Shown here in pieces: positions 28,101-40,536 of a stretch of 64,000 nt of DNA. The stretch lies in assembly GCF_052425735.1 (NCBI RefSeq), contig NC_135761.1:57598001-57662000 (forward strand), written 5' to 3'. Source of the stretch: Oculina patagonica (taxonomy: Eukaryota). The translations under genes and the position numbers were made by a program. Every line of letters begins with the position of its first letter. Within the stretch, counting starts at the first letter, position 1. A model generated the notes under the pieces. That model saw nothing but the letters and a program-made list of their open reading frames with translations. It did no database searches and was not told the origin of the DNA.

Positions 28101-31100
28101 TTGACACCAAGGCGCCTGGGAAAGCTAATGAAAAAATATCACAGCACTTGCTATTCACCCGCCACGTTAATCAAACACTTCATTTGGAAGACTATCATGA
28201 GACATCACTTTTTTTATTTTTATCATATCTGATATATTTTACTTACATATGAAAAACACGCAAACGCTTTGGGAAGTAGTTTAGACCTGGTCTGACTTAC
28301 ACCAACCGTTCCATGTTAAATGTGGTTCAGCTCAACCAAAAACCAGGTCTTACTCAGTAAGACTTTGTGTTATAATTGGCCTTCATTTTCAAAAAAAAGC
28401 AAAGCACATAAAAAAGCACTTTTTGCACTGAAGTTTAGGATCATATTAAAACGTTCGGTAGTTTACATTAATTTTAAGTTATAATAAGTTTTATAAGTAT
28501 TCATTTACCTACGAATATAGCTTTTCTTTTTTCTAGCCTGCGTTGCAGACTAACTAAACCCAGCTTCCTTTTTCAAACATGTTAATTCTCGCGTTTAATC
28601 CCCATTATATTTAGTAGCAACGAAAGTTTTTCTTTATTATAGGTCGGTACATGTACTTTATACCCTCACGAACACAAGAGTAAATTTAGGAGCGAAGGTA
28701 AATAAAAGTCGTTTTTAGTGTGAAAATGAAAACGACCTTTAGTTAAGTTCAATTTTTGGAGCAGAGGACTGCTGCATTTAAGAAAGACTCCGGGAACAAG
28801 ATTGATTTAGAAAGAACCGAAGTGAGAGAGAAGTAACTTTAAAAATTGTACAGTAAAATCCCGATTTCTCAAAGCCTCGGTTTCTCGAGACTCCCGGGGT
28901 TTTTTTTTTTTCAAACCAATTTTCGTTTCCCTTGTAAAGTACTTCTCTGTAATTTTACCCCCGAGTTTTTAAACCTCCCGATTTCTCGAAGCAATTTTTA
29001 TTTCTCCTCGAGCTACGAGAAATCGGGATTCTACTGTAAATTCAAATTAAACCAATGAGAGAACACACACTGAGAAACGAAAAAATGTTAAGGAAAATGT
29101 TAAGGAGACTGAAAACTACAAAGTCTGATAGAAACAGTCTCATAAATATCGAAGTCTCAGGCCCCGTCCACACTGACCCGGGTAAATTTGAAAACGCATC
29201 TTTTTTTCTCCGGTTAGGCCAACCGTCCACACTGAAACGGCGTTTTCGGTCACCGAAAACGGAGCTTTTCAAAAACGCTCACCAATGAGCGTTTGGACTT
29301 GGAGCGTGAAATAGTGTATTTTTATATTTTATTGTAAATAATTTTAGAGAGCCACTGGTTTGTTAGTATTTTTTATGTTATTTTACATAGTAGTGCTACC
29401 CTCGTTAAATAAAGATTTTACTTTTACTTTTACTTACTAATGAAGCGTATCGTTTTCAAATTTACCCGGGTCAGTGTGGACGGGGCCTGAAAATGCGAAG
29501 TCTGAGAGCTATGTACAAACTTCTCATAAAAAAATAAATGAAACGTGTAAAATATCATCGACAGAAAAGGTTATTTATCACCCATGGCCTAGATATCTGC
29601 ACGTGCCACGGGTGAAAATAACTACAACCTGTTTGTTTTTAGAAGAGGTGATATTAAAGAACAGTTTGGCGTTAACATCGGATAACTATAAGTAGAACAG
29701 CATTGATAGAAAAAATCTAACTTCGGGAATGTAGGCTTGACTCAACAAAACATAAGAACTATACTTACTCGGAAGGTTTTTCTTCTTGGTGCCAATCGTG
29801 CTCTGAAAAAGATAAAAATAGCCACGTATTTTTACTAATTCATACTGGTAAGTAATGTTTTGCTATGTGCTCAGCATAAAGTTATGTAAATTGAGAATAA
29901 CAACCACCAACCAACGTAGAAAATAACTACATTGCATTGATTTTACGCAAATTGTAATCATCATTTGGGACAAAAAACAGCATCGTGTTTAGAAAAATTT
30001 TACCTTCCAGAAAAACTCTCCGCAACCAAATAATACAGTCGACGATGAATCGAAACTTAATATTAAAACCTTCAACAGCAAACATTCAATAACAAAAATA
30101 ATGGCTCTCGCTGTGAAAACGATTCTACAAAAGCTAGCCCTTTGCGTTTCAATATATAAGGTAGAAACGTTTCGTGGGTTTTACCACAAAAAACAAATTC
30201 CACAATTTATTTTAACAATACATACGTCCCATTTAACACACAAAGGTATAAAATACAACAGCACTTTGAACACGCTTCTTGGGATAATAAAGACTTCTCA
30301 CAATAAAATTTTCACCTGAGAGAGCATAATGAGAATAAAATTGAACACAAATTTGCCGCACGCATCGGCAGAAATCGACAAACTCACCGCGTTCTAGAAG
30401 GAATCGCACCAACTCATTCAAGCACCGACTTCAAGTCGAACTCAACGCATTTCAATAAAACACAAATATCGAGAATTGTATGTCGTGGTGGTTACACATT
30501 TATACAGCTAATTCTTCCTGTGTATACAATGAATAATTTATGCTGCAAACAGTACTTGCTACGTCAGTGAACTGACGTGAATAAATATGAACGTGTCAAA
30601 GCGTCAAAGAATGTGTCTGAAGGTATTTCACTCTAAACGGAATTTGTTTCAACGAAGAAAATTATAACTTCACCGGTAAAACTACGACTACCCGAAAGCA
30701 TTACCCACTTAAAAATAGCAAAACCAGGATTAAATGTAAACAGCTTTATTCAAACAAATTTGTTAAATTTCTTTTTCTGAAGTCGTTAGTTAAAAGAAAA
30801 ATCGTTAAATTTATGACTAAACGGCGAGTGTCAATTACGGCCCTGCCATTATCTGGCCGAAACCACCAGTTTTTGAGGAAAATATAAGATAATTTAAGTA
30901 AATACTATGTTGTCTGAAAGATATGCAAATGAAACAAGCAGGAGACGAAGTTAAAATTCAAAGATAATTTTAATTAAGATCACAAGGGGGGCAAAAACTT
31001 AAATGACGTGATTTCTTAAAAATAAATGTCGTTGGCTCAACACATTTAAAATATTTAACACTTAGTCCATTAAGTGTAAGGAGTATGATGAAAATATTTT

Positions 31101-34100
31101 AATATAGCACTTAACGATAATTCAACTTTTAACCAGCTTCTATATTTGAGAAACAAATAATACCTAAATTTAAGGGGAAACCTTTAAAACCTGAAGACAA
31201 AAATGGAATTTATTGATTTCTAATTAAAGATGTGGTGATATCGTTACGTTATGTATTAAAATCAGTCAACTCCACGACCATTCATTTTGCAAATTCAAAC
31301 GAAAATTCCCCTTGGGGACGATGTGGGGGTGCTCTTTGGCAGGATTGCGTGACTAATACAAATAAGAGGCTTAAAAAAATAAATAAAATTAATTGAAACC
31401 ATAATGTATACTTAAAGCTAATGTAAATGTATTTTCTTTTGATATAATGTAAATGTATTTTCTTTTGAATAAAAAAAATGTATAAGAGACGATTTAAAAT
31501 GTTCTAGTGTTCCTTTTTTGAGGATAGTGACAGGAAAAAAAGCATTTGTATCTCAATTTTTTTCTAGTGAAACTAATTTTTTTATTATCTGCATAATTAA
31601 AGAAAAGATTATTCTATGTAGACACAACTTATTATTCTTATATCTGATGTGGCTTTGTCAATATTCTACATTTTTGTTGTTGTTCTTAGAAAAAAAACTT
31701 ACCGTTACGAACCAGTCTACGACAGAAAGATACTTTTTGGTTAACCAAAGAACAACAACAAAAATGTAGAATAAGTGTAGGAACAAAAGTAAAGTCTAAT
31801 AAAAATACCTGGAACTTCAGTTTGAAAACCAGCAGCCTATACAGACAAAAAACAGTGCCATTAGTAAATAACCCTTTTATTTTGAAGGAGTGATTAAAAA
31901 CTAGTTTCTCCTTTCAGTATCAATACATTATGAAGCAGACGGGTGATGAGAATAAGGAAAATCATCAACTAGGATACTGATGTAGTGCAAAATTCTTAGA
32001 ACAAACATTAAAAGAAATATATGTGAATTAGTGCGGAGAATTGATATTTTCAGCTTGCAAAGTGACAGGATTGAAGAAAAGCCACTGCCGGTGGAAAAAT
32101 TAACACAATTTTGATAGAGCATCAAAAAACCAAAAGCAAAGTAATCATGCTGGCCAATCACAAATGGCATGTGCAATGAACCAATCACAAACACAACTCA
32201 AATACATTGTAGCCAACATAAAGTGTGGGAAAACTTGAGTGAGCAGGTCACAATTGGTTCTGGTTTTACTTCTGATTGGTTGAAAAAGTGGCACAAGTCT
32301 ATTAATTTGAAAAGCGTATTAATGCAAAACCAAAGCAAATGCAAATTAATTACAAAAATATTATTTTGTGTTAAAAAGGGAAACATCGATCATGGAAATG
32401 TTGTGGCTACTGGACTAACAACAGAGAGGTTATTTTATTTTACCTGTCCTTGAAGGATTGAAAAACAGTGGTGAAGAGTACCAAGAGCTGCCTGAAATCA
32501 ATTAATAGATAATTATCAGTATGAACTCTGGACTGATTACACCTGTTTTCAGTGTTACGTAAATAGCGGCTTTCTATCGACATCCATCTTCCGCCGTACT
32601 AAAGAAACATGACAGATTGAAATCCATCAATTACAGCCCACTAGCATGACCTTCTGAACTATTGGACTCATTTGCATCAAACCATATCCGGTATGCATTG
32701 GTTTTGATTGGCTCATTTTAAAAAGAACGTCAAAAGGTGATGTCAAAAATTGGAGGTAGAAAGATAACTATCCAAGTAACACTGAAGGCAGGTGTTAACT
32801 TCATAGAAAAGCAGAGTACAGGAAAAAATATGCATTATGTATTTGAGCATATCAAACCATTGTTTTATCTTAAATCATAATGCTCATCAAGGGAAAACCC
32901 AAATCTTGATGCCTCTCGATGATCTCATATATTATGCATCCAAGTTCTTGATCTTTTTTAAAACAAATACTAACTTCAACAGCATGGTGCTCAACATACT
33001 TTTATTTAGATAACATTTTAATATTCCGAAACAGTAAAACTGCTCTGACACAACAAAAATAATATGTTGCCTTGCATTTCTAGAGTAGAACTTGAATGCA
33101 TTGTTGTACCAAAGTGCTTAGCTTAGTCAATACATCAGCACTGTCCTCAGAAAAAATGTCAGAAAAAAGAAAGTTCTTTTAAATTAATTAAGTTACATAT
33201 ACCTGAGCAGTAGCCTTCAGAATAAGTACTTCCTGCAAATTATAACAAAAACATTAGACATAAATTTATTGCCAATATTTTTTGGAGGTGTTAAGGTTCA
33301 GCTAGCAGACACTGAAGATCGGTTTCTGGGGAGAAAGTTTGCAATCACACGCGGGTAAGCAACAGAAGACAATTCTCTCTGTTTTTCATCCCTGCAACTC
33401 CTTCCTACTCTAATTAGTTCTGGTCTAACGTTTTTCCTCCAGTAAGGCAGGCTAGTAGATGTGAACTGTCACTTGCCTATCAGCCAAGTGGCCCATACAG
33501 CCGGAGCTTATCCCAGTTTCCGTAGCATTTAGCGACTAAGAGTAAATGCTACTCCCCCCTGGATGGGATGCTAGTCCATCACAGGGTCACCCCCCAGCAG
33601 TAAATTTGCTGATACCCATTTATACACCTGGGTGGAGAGAGGCACTGTGAGAGTAAAGTGTCTTGCCTGAGAACACAACACAGCGCCCTGGCCAGGGCTT
33701 GAACCTGGGTCGTTCGACTCGGAGTCGAGCATGCCAACCATTAGGCCACCGCGCCTCCCAATCAGAACTACATAGGCTTGGATAAATTCTCCTGGCAGGA
33801 GATGAAGGGAGGAAAACTAAAGTTTCTACACTTTTTGTTTCATTTACAAGAAATACTTACATTATCCAATGGAAAAAGTGATTCTTCTCCAGTTGGGTCC
33901 AGCTGCAATGACAATAAAGTACAATTTATTAAAACTTTATTTAATGAGTGCCGGCCATGGTTAAACCAGGAACACGCATCCCACAAACCATTGATGGTAA
34001 GTCCCTCTGACAAAAAAGATATCATTAATAAGTAAATCCTGACCAGTAAATTCATAATTTACCCACCCATCACAGAGGGCTAAGAACAGGCTTTTAGCCA

Positions 34101-37100
34101 GGTGGGAGTCCAGGAGTCCTATGGACGGCCACTTTTCAAAGAAAATTAAAATGAATAACTGTATACAGAGGGGGTTTTGAGCAAATTTGGAAATCTTTAG
34201 ACACCTCTGCACTCGTACTGCAGAAAAACACCTTGCATACTTCTCAGTCCCTCCTATGGGGACAAAGTCAGGTCTTATAAAACTTTTGGACTCCCACTTT
34301 TAAAATCCTGGATAAAAGTCTGACTGAGAACATGAACATGGGGGTGATCTAGAGGGGGAGGGAAGGAACAGGGCTCACGCAAAACTTAAGGGAACTGGCT
34401 ACATGCAGGGTCACCTGGAAGAACTACCCAGAGCAGACTAGCAAAGCCAGTTGGAGGAAGACTGTGAAAAAGCTTTACATCATTAGCACTAACTTAGGAG
34501 ACTAGGCAATAAAAACTCAATGACCCCAAGAATCGTGTTGACATCATGTTTTTACTCAAAGAAACAAACCATGCACTTACCTCCAACTGATCAATAAAAA
34601 CCATCTGTTGATCTTCTATTCTGTACAAATCTTCTCGGATCTGGGACAATCCTGACACGATTTTCTCGGACATGTGGTGGGTTTTAGGGACCAGTTTAGG
34701 GGACTCTGTCTTGATTTGATCCGCCGACACCACACCAGAGAAGCCAGTTGACGATGCCGCTGTGGCTGGGTGCTTCACGGTGCTGGTTGAATGAGGGAGT
34801 GGTGCAGAAAAACCAGGTGTGGGGTGTAATGGTGGGGCAGCCTAGCGAGAGTTTAATAAACAAAAGTTTTAAACGACTAACATTATGCACTTTGTCTAGA
34901 TTGCAATGTACAGGGTTCATACTCTTTTTCACAAACAATTGATTTTTTTTCCGGACTCCAGAATTCGCATTAACCCTTCCAAGATCTCAATATTATTTCT
35001 CCTTACTGTCTGCCATACATTTTTTATAATGTTAGTTCTGAGAATTCTTGGGTTTAACAGATTTCCAGAACTTTCCTGGACTGGTTGTCTTTTTCCAGGC
35101 CTGGAAAGTGCCACAATAAAATTCCGGGACTTCTAAGGTTTTCCAGGACCCATATGAACCCTGAATGTACCTCAATGTATGAACTAGTTGACTGTAACAT
35201 CAAGTACAATCTCTTTCTACTTCTGCAGCACTGGACACCAAACAATGAAAATATATCTGCCAACTTTTTTGGGGTCAAAGGCATGAGATTTTTATCCTGA
35301 GAGTGCTAGGATTTCCGGAGACAACATGACCGTTTCCGAAGATTCCCAAAGATGTCCGAAGTATTCGGAAGACGTTCTGAACACATTCCGTTCCCAGTCT
35401 GAAGACGTTTTTTTGCTAAACACAACCTAGTTCCCAATGCTTTCTTGTTAAAACTCTGAGTTTTCAGGGAATGTATGGTCATTTACTCATTTATACAGAG
35501 TTTTCGTACCTCACATTGGTTCGAGCTTACATTTTTTTGGAAAGTGTGTCAGTTATGGCTGTAATAACTCACATTTATCGACTAGGCATGAGAAATTTGT
35601 TTGTAAGTGTGAGTTGGTGTGATTCAGGCCTAAGGCGTGAGAGTTGGCAGGTTTATGAAAATAGTCTGGACAACAGAATATAAATAAAATAATTTTGTAT
35701 GGCAGAGAGGAACAATCCTCGCACAAGCCCATTGATTGAAACCTGGTGTGATGCTTGAGAGCACCGCACTGGTCAGTGTTGTGGAGGTCATGGGTTCGAA
35801 TCCCATTGACGTCCTGAGTTCTTTCAGGCTTCTCTTCCCCAAACTTAATTAGGACGAGGATTGTGCTATAATTGCTTAAAAATATATCTAATTTTGCCTA
35901 AACTATTGTGATCTTAATAAACATGATAGACTGTTCGGAGTTGCCCACTTTATTGAAGGGAAGGATCTATGAAACCTACCCCTAATACTGATAATAATTC
36001 CATACAACAAAGCATAATAGAGTACCTGAGCAATACTTGATGTATGAAACTCAGCCACGCTCCTCAGTTTGTTTATCCAGTCTTGTCTTTCTTTAGCATC
36101 ATTGGCTGAAATTTAGAAGCAAACTTCTATCAGCCCCGACTAACAAAATTATAGATAGGCAACCTTCCAAGTTTATTTTTTTTCCTAAGTGGCCATTTGG
36201 ACACCGACTACTCAAGTTTGGTTGCCAGTGAAAAATTTTAGTTGCTAAATTAAGCTCACGCTTTCAATCCTTCTCCTCAATCTTAGTTGCCAGGCTGGCG
36301 ACTTTGGTTCCAATTAAGTCTCCAGCTCCAAAATATTAGTCGCCATGGCGACTAAAATGGTCTTAACTTTGCGGGTTGATAGGGTTAGCAGAGTCTGGTG
36401 AAATTCCCACCCTGTGGGTGAATCACTGATAATAAAAACAGATGATCCAGAAGGCCCAATGAATTTGCCATGTTATATTTACCTCTTAGTTTAAAAATAT
36501 CACCATTGGCTGCACTAACAGTGAATGTAAATGAATCAGCCTCGTCGCCAGGTGCTATCATGCTTCCCTATTGAAAAAATACACAAATTCTGATCAACAG
36601 AAATATGTTTAATTACTTGGTTTTTTGTGTGTCATAAGATAAGTTCATGGACAGATCCCGGATTTTTAAAAAGGTGGGGGAGGGAGTACGAGTCCCTTTT
36701 TGGGAGGGGAGGGGGGTCTTGGGGCAAGACCCTATGCTACGATGGGCAACAAAAGTAGTTGGAACCGTTGGCAGAATTGAGTGCTAATTTTTAATATTTC
36801 CATCATTCCACTTCAAATCCGGTGTAGTTTGTGAACCACTTCCCCTCCCCCTTTTCAATGTTGTACAGAAATGAAACAAGTCTTGCAGATAGCAAATCCA
36901 ACATCCAGCAATTTGCCTAAGGTACTCAAGCAGAGTGTGTCATTCAACACCTTTGTCACGGGCCCATTATGGATTTATGATTCTCAAGACACTTACTCCA
37001 AGATAAACTGATCCTCTAGGCCCAAGCTTCTTCTTCTCTTTGTCCTGGGTAACAAGAGATTGATCACAAAATAATTAATGCACTTGGATTTATTATAAGT

Positions 37101-38740
37101 TCATTTCTTTCTTTATTCCCCTCGCCCCTCTGCTACACAATGTACATTCATACGGTATATTGATATAAAATAAAAAAGAAATAAAATAAGAAATTAATAG
37201 TAGCATATCCACAGAGTAAAAAGATCTTGAAACATCCACTGTTTCAAGATCAAATTGGGTGTTAGATGTGTTGGTTTTTAAATTAGTAGAAGGAAGCAAA
37301 CCAAAGAACGTGGAGAAAACCCTCAGAGAAAGGAGGAGAACCAACAAAATTATAATCTCAACCCACATATGGGTCTTGGATTTAAACCAAAGTGCAAAAA
37401 TTTGCCAGCTTGCCCTAGAACCATTGTGTACAAGCCCGGAGGTCTTTCTCAGTGGCCTTACTTCATCTGCCAAGTAAAAAGTCCAAAGTGATGGACAGAG
37501 TCCACTAGCTATTGGACAGGAATTTCTCTGATAACTGTGAACCCAGGCCACAGTGGAAGGTAGGCTCTTCCACCCCCTGCTCCCCATATTGCAATGAGAA
37601 ATGAAATATGGATAATAAGTTCTTACCACATAATATTCCAGCAATCCAGAATCAGGATCTAGAGTGAACCATCTAAACTGCCAGCCCTTCATAAGATTAG
37701 TCCATTTGCTAAGCTGTCCCTCAGTTGGTTTCCTGTGGTAAGAACATTACACACTTTTTTTACAATGAGTGGCTATAAAACATATAATAATTATTATCAT
37801 GTTGTGGTTCAAATTCACCCTTGGTACAATCTGATATTTTCCTTCCATTTGTTCGCAATATAATTGGCTATACCAAGGGGCATCCTATCACATAACAGAA
37901 GTCCCTCAGAGTTGTTCCTGAAAATATCCCTACTCCTTCCATAGATGGGTTTTTGGTTTGAATCCCCCTTAACCCCTCCGGTGTCCATATTAACGGGGTT
38001 CCACTGTACATGTACTGTGATTAGTCCGGGTTACAGGCTGTATTGTACATTACAGCCTGCTTCCCATAAGCTAGACTAGAAACACTTCCCATACAGATTT
38101 ATTACAGATTTATTTACAGATTTATTGCACACAAACGGACGTAAAATAAATCGACGGAGAAAAAACTTGAAGCCGTATGTTTCGAATTTCTGCACAAACC
38201 TCCCACTCTACTAAAAAGGTACTGTATACAGCAAGGTTAACAGGATTTTCTTTTTCTTTTAGATATAACTCATAGAACTGAGAAAACTTTCTGAGTTTCT
38301 CTGGAGTCGTAGAAACACTGCTAATCAGCCAATCAGATCACGCTTTTTATACTCTCGTTAATTTCTAAAATTAGATTACAAAATTGCTGATTGAGAAACT
38401 CCTTACCTAAATTTGTCGTCATCCTGTTGGTCAAGAACCTACAATTAAAAAACGAAAAAGCAAAGGGGATACGAAAACAAAAACAAGTTCTTTACTACAG
38501 AGACAAATTCGCATTCGTCAACAACTCTAATCAGAGAAGCAAGGAGAATCGAATAAACGCGCTGTTTACAAGCGGAAAACTTAAAAATACAAGGCAAGAT
38601 CTTAAACTTTTTCCAATCCTTACCTTGGCTTTTTGCATAACACCAAGAATAACGGTCTTCTCTTCTTCTGAAAACTGGCTTAGATCGATATCTAGGTCGG
38701 CAAAGTACGGATCCTTTAAAATATCTTCAGCGACCGCCAT
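8095..38740 (-). CDS. OSBPL11: Oxysterol-binding protein-related protein, ORP9/10/11 class (PH + coiled coil + ORD), most similar in motifs to OSBPL11/OSBPL10; 23 coding exons, 767 aa
   Basis: All introns are GT-AG with consistent phases. Exons: 38740-38624, 38438-38407, 37732-37627, 37044-36997, 36567-36483, 36105-36026, 34841-34581, 33902-33861, 33232-33203, 32491-32444, 31836-31809, 29802-29769, 26314-26145, 25330-25197, 24481-24396, 13092-13011, 12823-12643, 11587-11477, 10812-10749, 10456-10234, 9055-8894, 8460-8395, 8208-8095 (total 2304 nt). PH domain [19 protein letters not shown]; [27 protein letters not shown]; [12 protein letters not shown]; OSBP signature EQVSHHPP; [17 protein letters not shown]. 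The exact vertebrate orthologue (10 vs 11) cannot be settled by eye. Confidence 0.92.
12043..12128. mobile_element. Small palindromic MITE with 9-bp TSD
   Basis: caccctgcgagcagagcc...ggctctgctcgcagggtg, flanked on both sides by ctactgatt. Confidence 0.7.
15266..15499. mobile_element. MITE (PIF/Harbinger- or Kolobok-like)
   Basis: TIR taagtggccttcacaggacaaacta / tagtttgtcctgtgaaggccgctta with internal GTTGGCAAAC repeats. Confidence 0.65.
17783..18063 (-). mobile_element. tRNA-derived SINE (minus orientation)
   Basis: Reverse-complement tRNA-like head at ~17990-18063; homologous to 33478-33760. Confidence 0.75.
18224..21943. mobile_element. Non-autonomous hAT-like element with 5-bp TSD (hAT5-type)
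   Basis: Perfect 16-bp TIR CAAGGCTGCTGCCTAA / TTAGGCAGCAGCCTTG; TSD CTATC at 18219-18223 and 21944-21948; subterminal TAGGAGCCC/TAGGCGCC repeats. Confidence 0.8.
19135..20903. mobile_element. Non-autonomous Mutator/MuDR-like element with 9-bp TSD and (GGGGTC)n in its TIRs
   Basis: TIR GGGTGTCGGTAAAACGCCGACTCGGGGTCGGGGTC... at both ends; perfect TSD CTATTTTTC at 19126-19134 and 20904-20912. Confidence 0.88.
24666..25061. mobile_element. Tc1/mariner-type MITE
   Basis: (TA)CCGTATTTACTCGAATAAGCGCCG ... CGGCGCTTATTCGGGTTAACACGG termini with internal GCGGCGCTTATT repeats. Confidence 0.65.
25535..25757 (+). mobile_element. Short interspersed repeat containing a tRNA-like segment
   Basis: TAGCTCAGTTGGTTAGAGC (A box) and GGATTCGATTCC (B box) at ~25640-25695, embedded in repeat-like flanks; no clean cloverleaf. 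Confidence 0.55.
28849..29038. mobile_element. Tc1/mariner (pogo-like) MITE
   Basis: TA-CAGTAAAATCCCGATTTCTC ... GAGAAATCGGGATTCTACTG-TA. Confidence 0.7.
29160..29487. mobile_element. PIF/Harbinger-like MITE
   Basis: Long perfect TIR GGCCCCGTCCACACTGACCCGGGTAAATTTGAAAACG; a related degenerate copy lies at ~58410-58930. Confidence 0.75.
30388..30580 (-). promoter_or_regulatory. Putative internal promoter and non-coding alternative first exon of the ORP gene
   Basis: Minus strand: two TGACGT (CRE/ATF half) sites at 30561-30578, TATAAAT at 30504-30498, and a strong CG|GTGAGT donor at 30388/30387 upstream of the exon-12 acceptor (29802). Confidence 0.5.
33478..33760 (-). mobile_element. tRNA-derived SINE (same family as 17783-18063)
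   Basis: Direct sequence similarity (agccaagtggcccatacagc...gggtggagagaggcactgtgag...ccaccgcgcctccc). Confidence 0.75.
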
Positions 38741-38816
38741 CTTGGCTGGTGCTGTATTGTCCTGGACTCGTTTTCGTGTGTACTGAACCTGCTGTCCGGG
38801 GGTAGCGAGGGGTGCT

Positions 38817-39210
38817 GCTATGTCACGGTTCGCACACAGGCAGACAACCTTCTGTTTTTTGCGTGGTGTGTTCATTTATGGAACTTGAGGCTTGCTTATG
38901 AGGCGACTTGATCGGTTGGCATTTTGGTCTTCTATTATAGACTCTTTTACCTTTATGGTTCAACAGGGTTTTTTTTTAACTTAATTGAACCATAAAAGGT
39001 TTGCCATGTCATGGTTCGCGCACAGGCAACCACCTTATGTTTGCATGGTGTGTCTACTTGTGGAACTTGACGCTTGATTATGAGGCGACCTGATGAGGCG
39101 ACTTGATCGGTTGACATTTTGTTCTTCTATTATAGACTCTTTTACCTTTCTGGTTCAACAGGGTTTCAAAAAGGCTGTTTTTTAACTTATTTGAACAATA
39201 AAAAGTTTTC
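38817..39210. repeat. Diverged tandem duplication of ~190 bp immediately upstream of the ORP start codon
   Basis: Unit 1 ~38817-39002 and unit 2 ~39003-39210 share atgtca..gttcgc.cacaggca...gaggcgacttgatcggttg...ttctattatagactcttttaccttt.tggttcaacagggttt. Confidence 0.85.
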
Positions 39211-40069
39211 CTGAAGGGACACTGTCGGATTTTACTGCTTTTCGGTAAAAAGTACTAAAATTAGCGAATTGGTTTTCTCGTACATAAAATGCACCTAGTA
39301 CATCAAGATGAAGATATAAAGTAAATTGTCGTTGAAGGAAAAAGGGAACCATAATTATTTGCAGGTTTAATTTCTGAGTCCACGACGACAAAACGTGAAA
39401 AAAAAAAAACAGCCTGATTTTTTCAAGCTGAGATCTAAAGTTCCTGATGGCATCACAAATATATCATTTGTTTATCGCTTCAGTACATTGGGATAGGGAA
39501 TTTTGACAAAATTGGACCACTATTTTACGCTCTTGAGTTTTTGAAGTGAAACTGGTGACAGTTTCCCTTTAACATTATGGTAAAAGTCCGAACAGATTTC
39601 GGATATGGGAAAACTGAACCACGCTGATTTCCAAGGCTTTTGCTCAAATTTCCTTATTATTGCATTGGGTGCCCCTGAAGGTTGACTGAATTGGGGGCGC
39701 TAAATGAAACAGGGGAGCTTATTTGAGAGACACTTATTACACTAGGGGCACTTAAAGGATCCTAGTCAACATGTGGGTCACCCTCCACCATTTTCTCTGC
39801 CATCTAAATTCGGACATTTCGCATGTTAAAAAGAAATCCTCGTCCATCCTTGTGCGTTTGCATTACTGAGGTCTTCAACTGTCACAAATGCTTTTTAAAA
39901 TTAACTGTGCTTATTTTTGACTAGTTATTCTATCATTCATTTGTTTGTATGGAGGGACATTTATCAGTTGAACTTAATTGGTTCCTGGACAGCCTCCGCC
40001 ATTTTCGATGCCATCGTATGAAAACTGTACGTCGAAGCGAAATCTTATTGCACTTGAAATCTGTTGAAT

Positions 40070-40536
40070 TACCGTATTTTCACAAATTAACGCCCCCGGC
40101 GTTTATTTTTAACTTGGCTTCGTGAACCCGGCGTTTATTTGAGGCCGACGTTTAATCGGGGCCCGGCGTTTATTAACGGACTGCAATTTTCTGCCAATTT
40201 TTCAGATTGATTTATTGTTACCGATCTTCGAGACCAAGGGGCAGTTTGTCAAGGCGGGACGATTTTTCTCTTCGTTCTGCCCCGAAAAAGTGTCCCTGGG
40301 TATCCAAAGGGGATTATTTCCCAAAGGTACACTATTACGGATTGGATAGTTTATGTTGCAATCGAGATTTGTGACAAACAGAATATATTTACTTGTTAGC
40401 TTGAACTTAAATTAAATAAATGCCGGGACCTCGAACGAACGCCCCCGGCGTTTATTTAAAAACTAGCAATTTTGACCCGGCGTTTATACGAGGCCGGCGT
40501 TTAATCGGGGTCCGGCGTTTAATCGAGAAAATACGC
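40070..40536. mobile_element. Tc1/mariner-type MITE
   Basis: taccgtattttcacaaattaacgcc ... ggcgtttaatcgagaaaatacg termini with repeated CCGGCGTTTA motifs. Confidence 0.65.

Noticed and set aside
37093-37692. 199-aa ORF with an apparent hydrophobic segment
   Set aside because: Only 37732-37627 is exon; the rest is read-through into an intron containing repeat sequence.
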